A stretch of 64,000 nt of DNA, taken from the NCBI RefSeq assembly GCF_009914755.1, contig NC_060947.1. The stretch is one strand, 5' to 3'. The translations under genes were made by a program, and so were the position numbers. The notes beneath the pieces were generated by a model. It saw only the letters and a program-made list of their open reading frames with translations, was not told the origin of the DNA and made no database searches. Shown here piece by piece: positions 61,601-64,000 of the stretch. Positions within the stretch are counted from its first letter, which is position 1. Every line of letters starts with the position of its first letter. The DNA is from the human T2T-CHM13v2.0 reference genome, Homo sapiens.

Positions 61601-62931
61601 ACACACTTGCAAGACATTATGTGAGAAATAATTCTCACACAAAATCAGGGGCCTTCTAACTGAGTGAAGCGTTTAACAATCTGGTAGTCTGGCATGTCAA
61701 GATGGTGGTTATAAGGTGAACAGCAAGTTCTTACATCTTGCCTTTCTTACTACTAAATAAGGAACATGAAACGAGTTGCATAATAGATGCTTGTTTTAGC
61801 ATATACCTAAATGTTGTGCAGTACCGTGGACCCATTGACAAGTGACTGAAACCCTGCTAGCATGGACCGGGGCCCAGAAAAAGAGAAGCTTCCCTAATCC
61901 TGCACCTGTGGTCTCATGTGGAGTTCCCTGAGACCAGTTGACTAGAAAATAAAAAACATCATGCCTGATTTTCATTTGTTACTTCAGAATATGCAGGCAC
62001 CACATCTATTAGGTTTGTTACTAATGCAAAAGAAATTGTCCCCGATTCAGCAGCTTAAAATAACACAAATATATAAGCAGTTCTGTAGATCAGAAATCCA
62101 TGCAGGCTGGATTGGTTTCTCTGCTTAGGATCTCACAAAATCAAAGTTAGGGTATCAACCAGGCTGCTGACTAACTAAGGACTCAGAGAGAACCTGTTTT
62201 CAAGCACATTTGGGTTACGGGCAGGTCTAACTTCTTAAAGTTGTGGAACTGAGGTAGCCGTATACTTGCGGTCTTGGCTGAGGCCACTCTAAGCTACCTG
62301 AGACCCCTCCATACCTACTTGGGTGCACCCCTCTATCTTCTAAGCAGTAATGGTGCATCATGATTATGGTGGCTGAGATAAAGCTTATTTACGGGTTTGG
62401 CAACATGAACTTTCATTTACCAGGTCCATCTCACTACAGCCACTGCTCACTATTCAATCTGACAGCAGCAGAGACCAACACTGAGTCCCCAATATGGCAC
62501 CATGTCCCAGAGTGGTCAGTCAGCTTCCAGGTAGCACTGTGATTACTTGGGTCTGCTTCCACGATTGAAGGGGTATCACTTTGATCTTCCTCAAATAGAC
62601 ACTTATTCTGCATATGGATTTTCATTCCCACCCATGGAACTTCAAGGAAATCGGTACTGTGGTATGAGGAAAGGCTGTATCCACCGTCGTGGTATTCCAC
62701 ACTGCACCAGTTTTAAACATCAAACTCACTTTACAGGCAATGAAGTATGGGAATGGGCTCATGCTAATGTACTTCACTAGTCTTGTGATGTTCTTCAACA
62801 TCCTGAAATGGCTGGCTCAATAGAACATTGGAGGACCTTTTAAAGCCTGAGTTGTCATTGCAGCTTTGTGGCAGTGCCTTGTGGGGCTTGGCTGACAATC
62901 TAGAAAGTGGCAAAGCTGAATCCTAGCCTCA

Positions 62932-64000
<1,069 letters not shown>

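Overview
Primate (human-type) genomic DNA made up entirely of a head-to-tail tandem array of a ~17.25-kb unit. In window phase the units are 1-17264, 17265-34513, 34514-51765 and a partial 51766-64000, and they differ only at scattered sites. Each unit carries one minus-strand, 5-exon cancer/testis gene of the CT45A family (Xq26.3 cluster). I spliced three complete copies by hand (169+249+94+58 nt = 570 nt, an identical 189-aa protein [10 protein letters not shown]...KKKLKRMI). A fourth copy has only exons 1-2 in the window and carries E55 instead of A55. The rest of the unit is a GC/CpG-rich promoter and intron 1, Alu clusters, L1/L2 fragments, a 5'-inverted (twin-primed) L1PA, and decayed ERVL pol, MLT1 and MLT2 pieces. 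Most notable: (i) the CT45 protein pairs an FxxP (FKRP) PP4-docking-type motif with an INTS6/SAGE1-type C-terminal domain; (ii) an ERVL+MLT1 composite has its two insertion junctions in permuted order, which implies an older duplication hidden inside the unit; (iii) variants between the copies are mosaic; (iv) intron 1 holds a cryptic ~35-40 bp degenerate repeat. Individual paralog numbers (CT45A2, A5 etc.) cannot be assigned from sequence alone.
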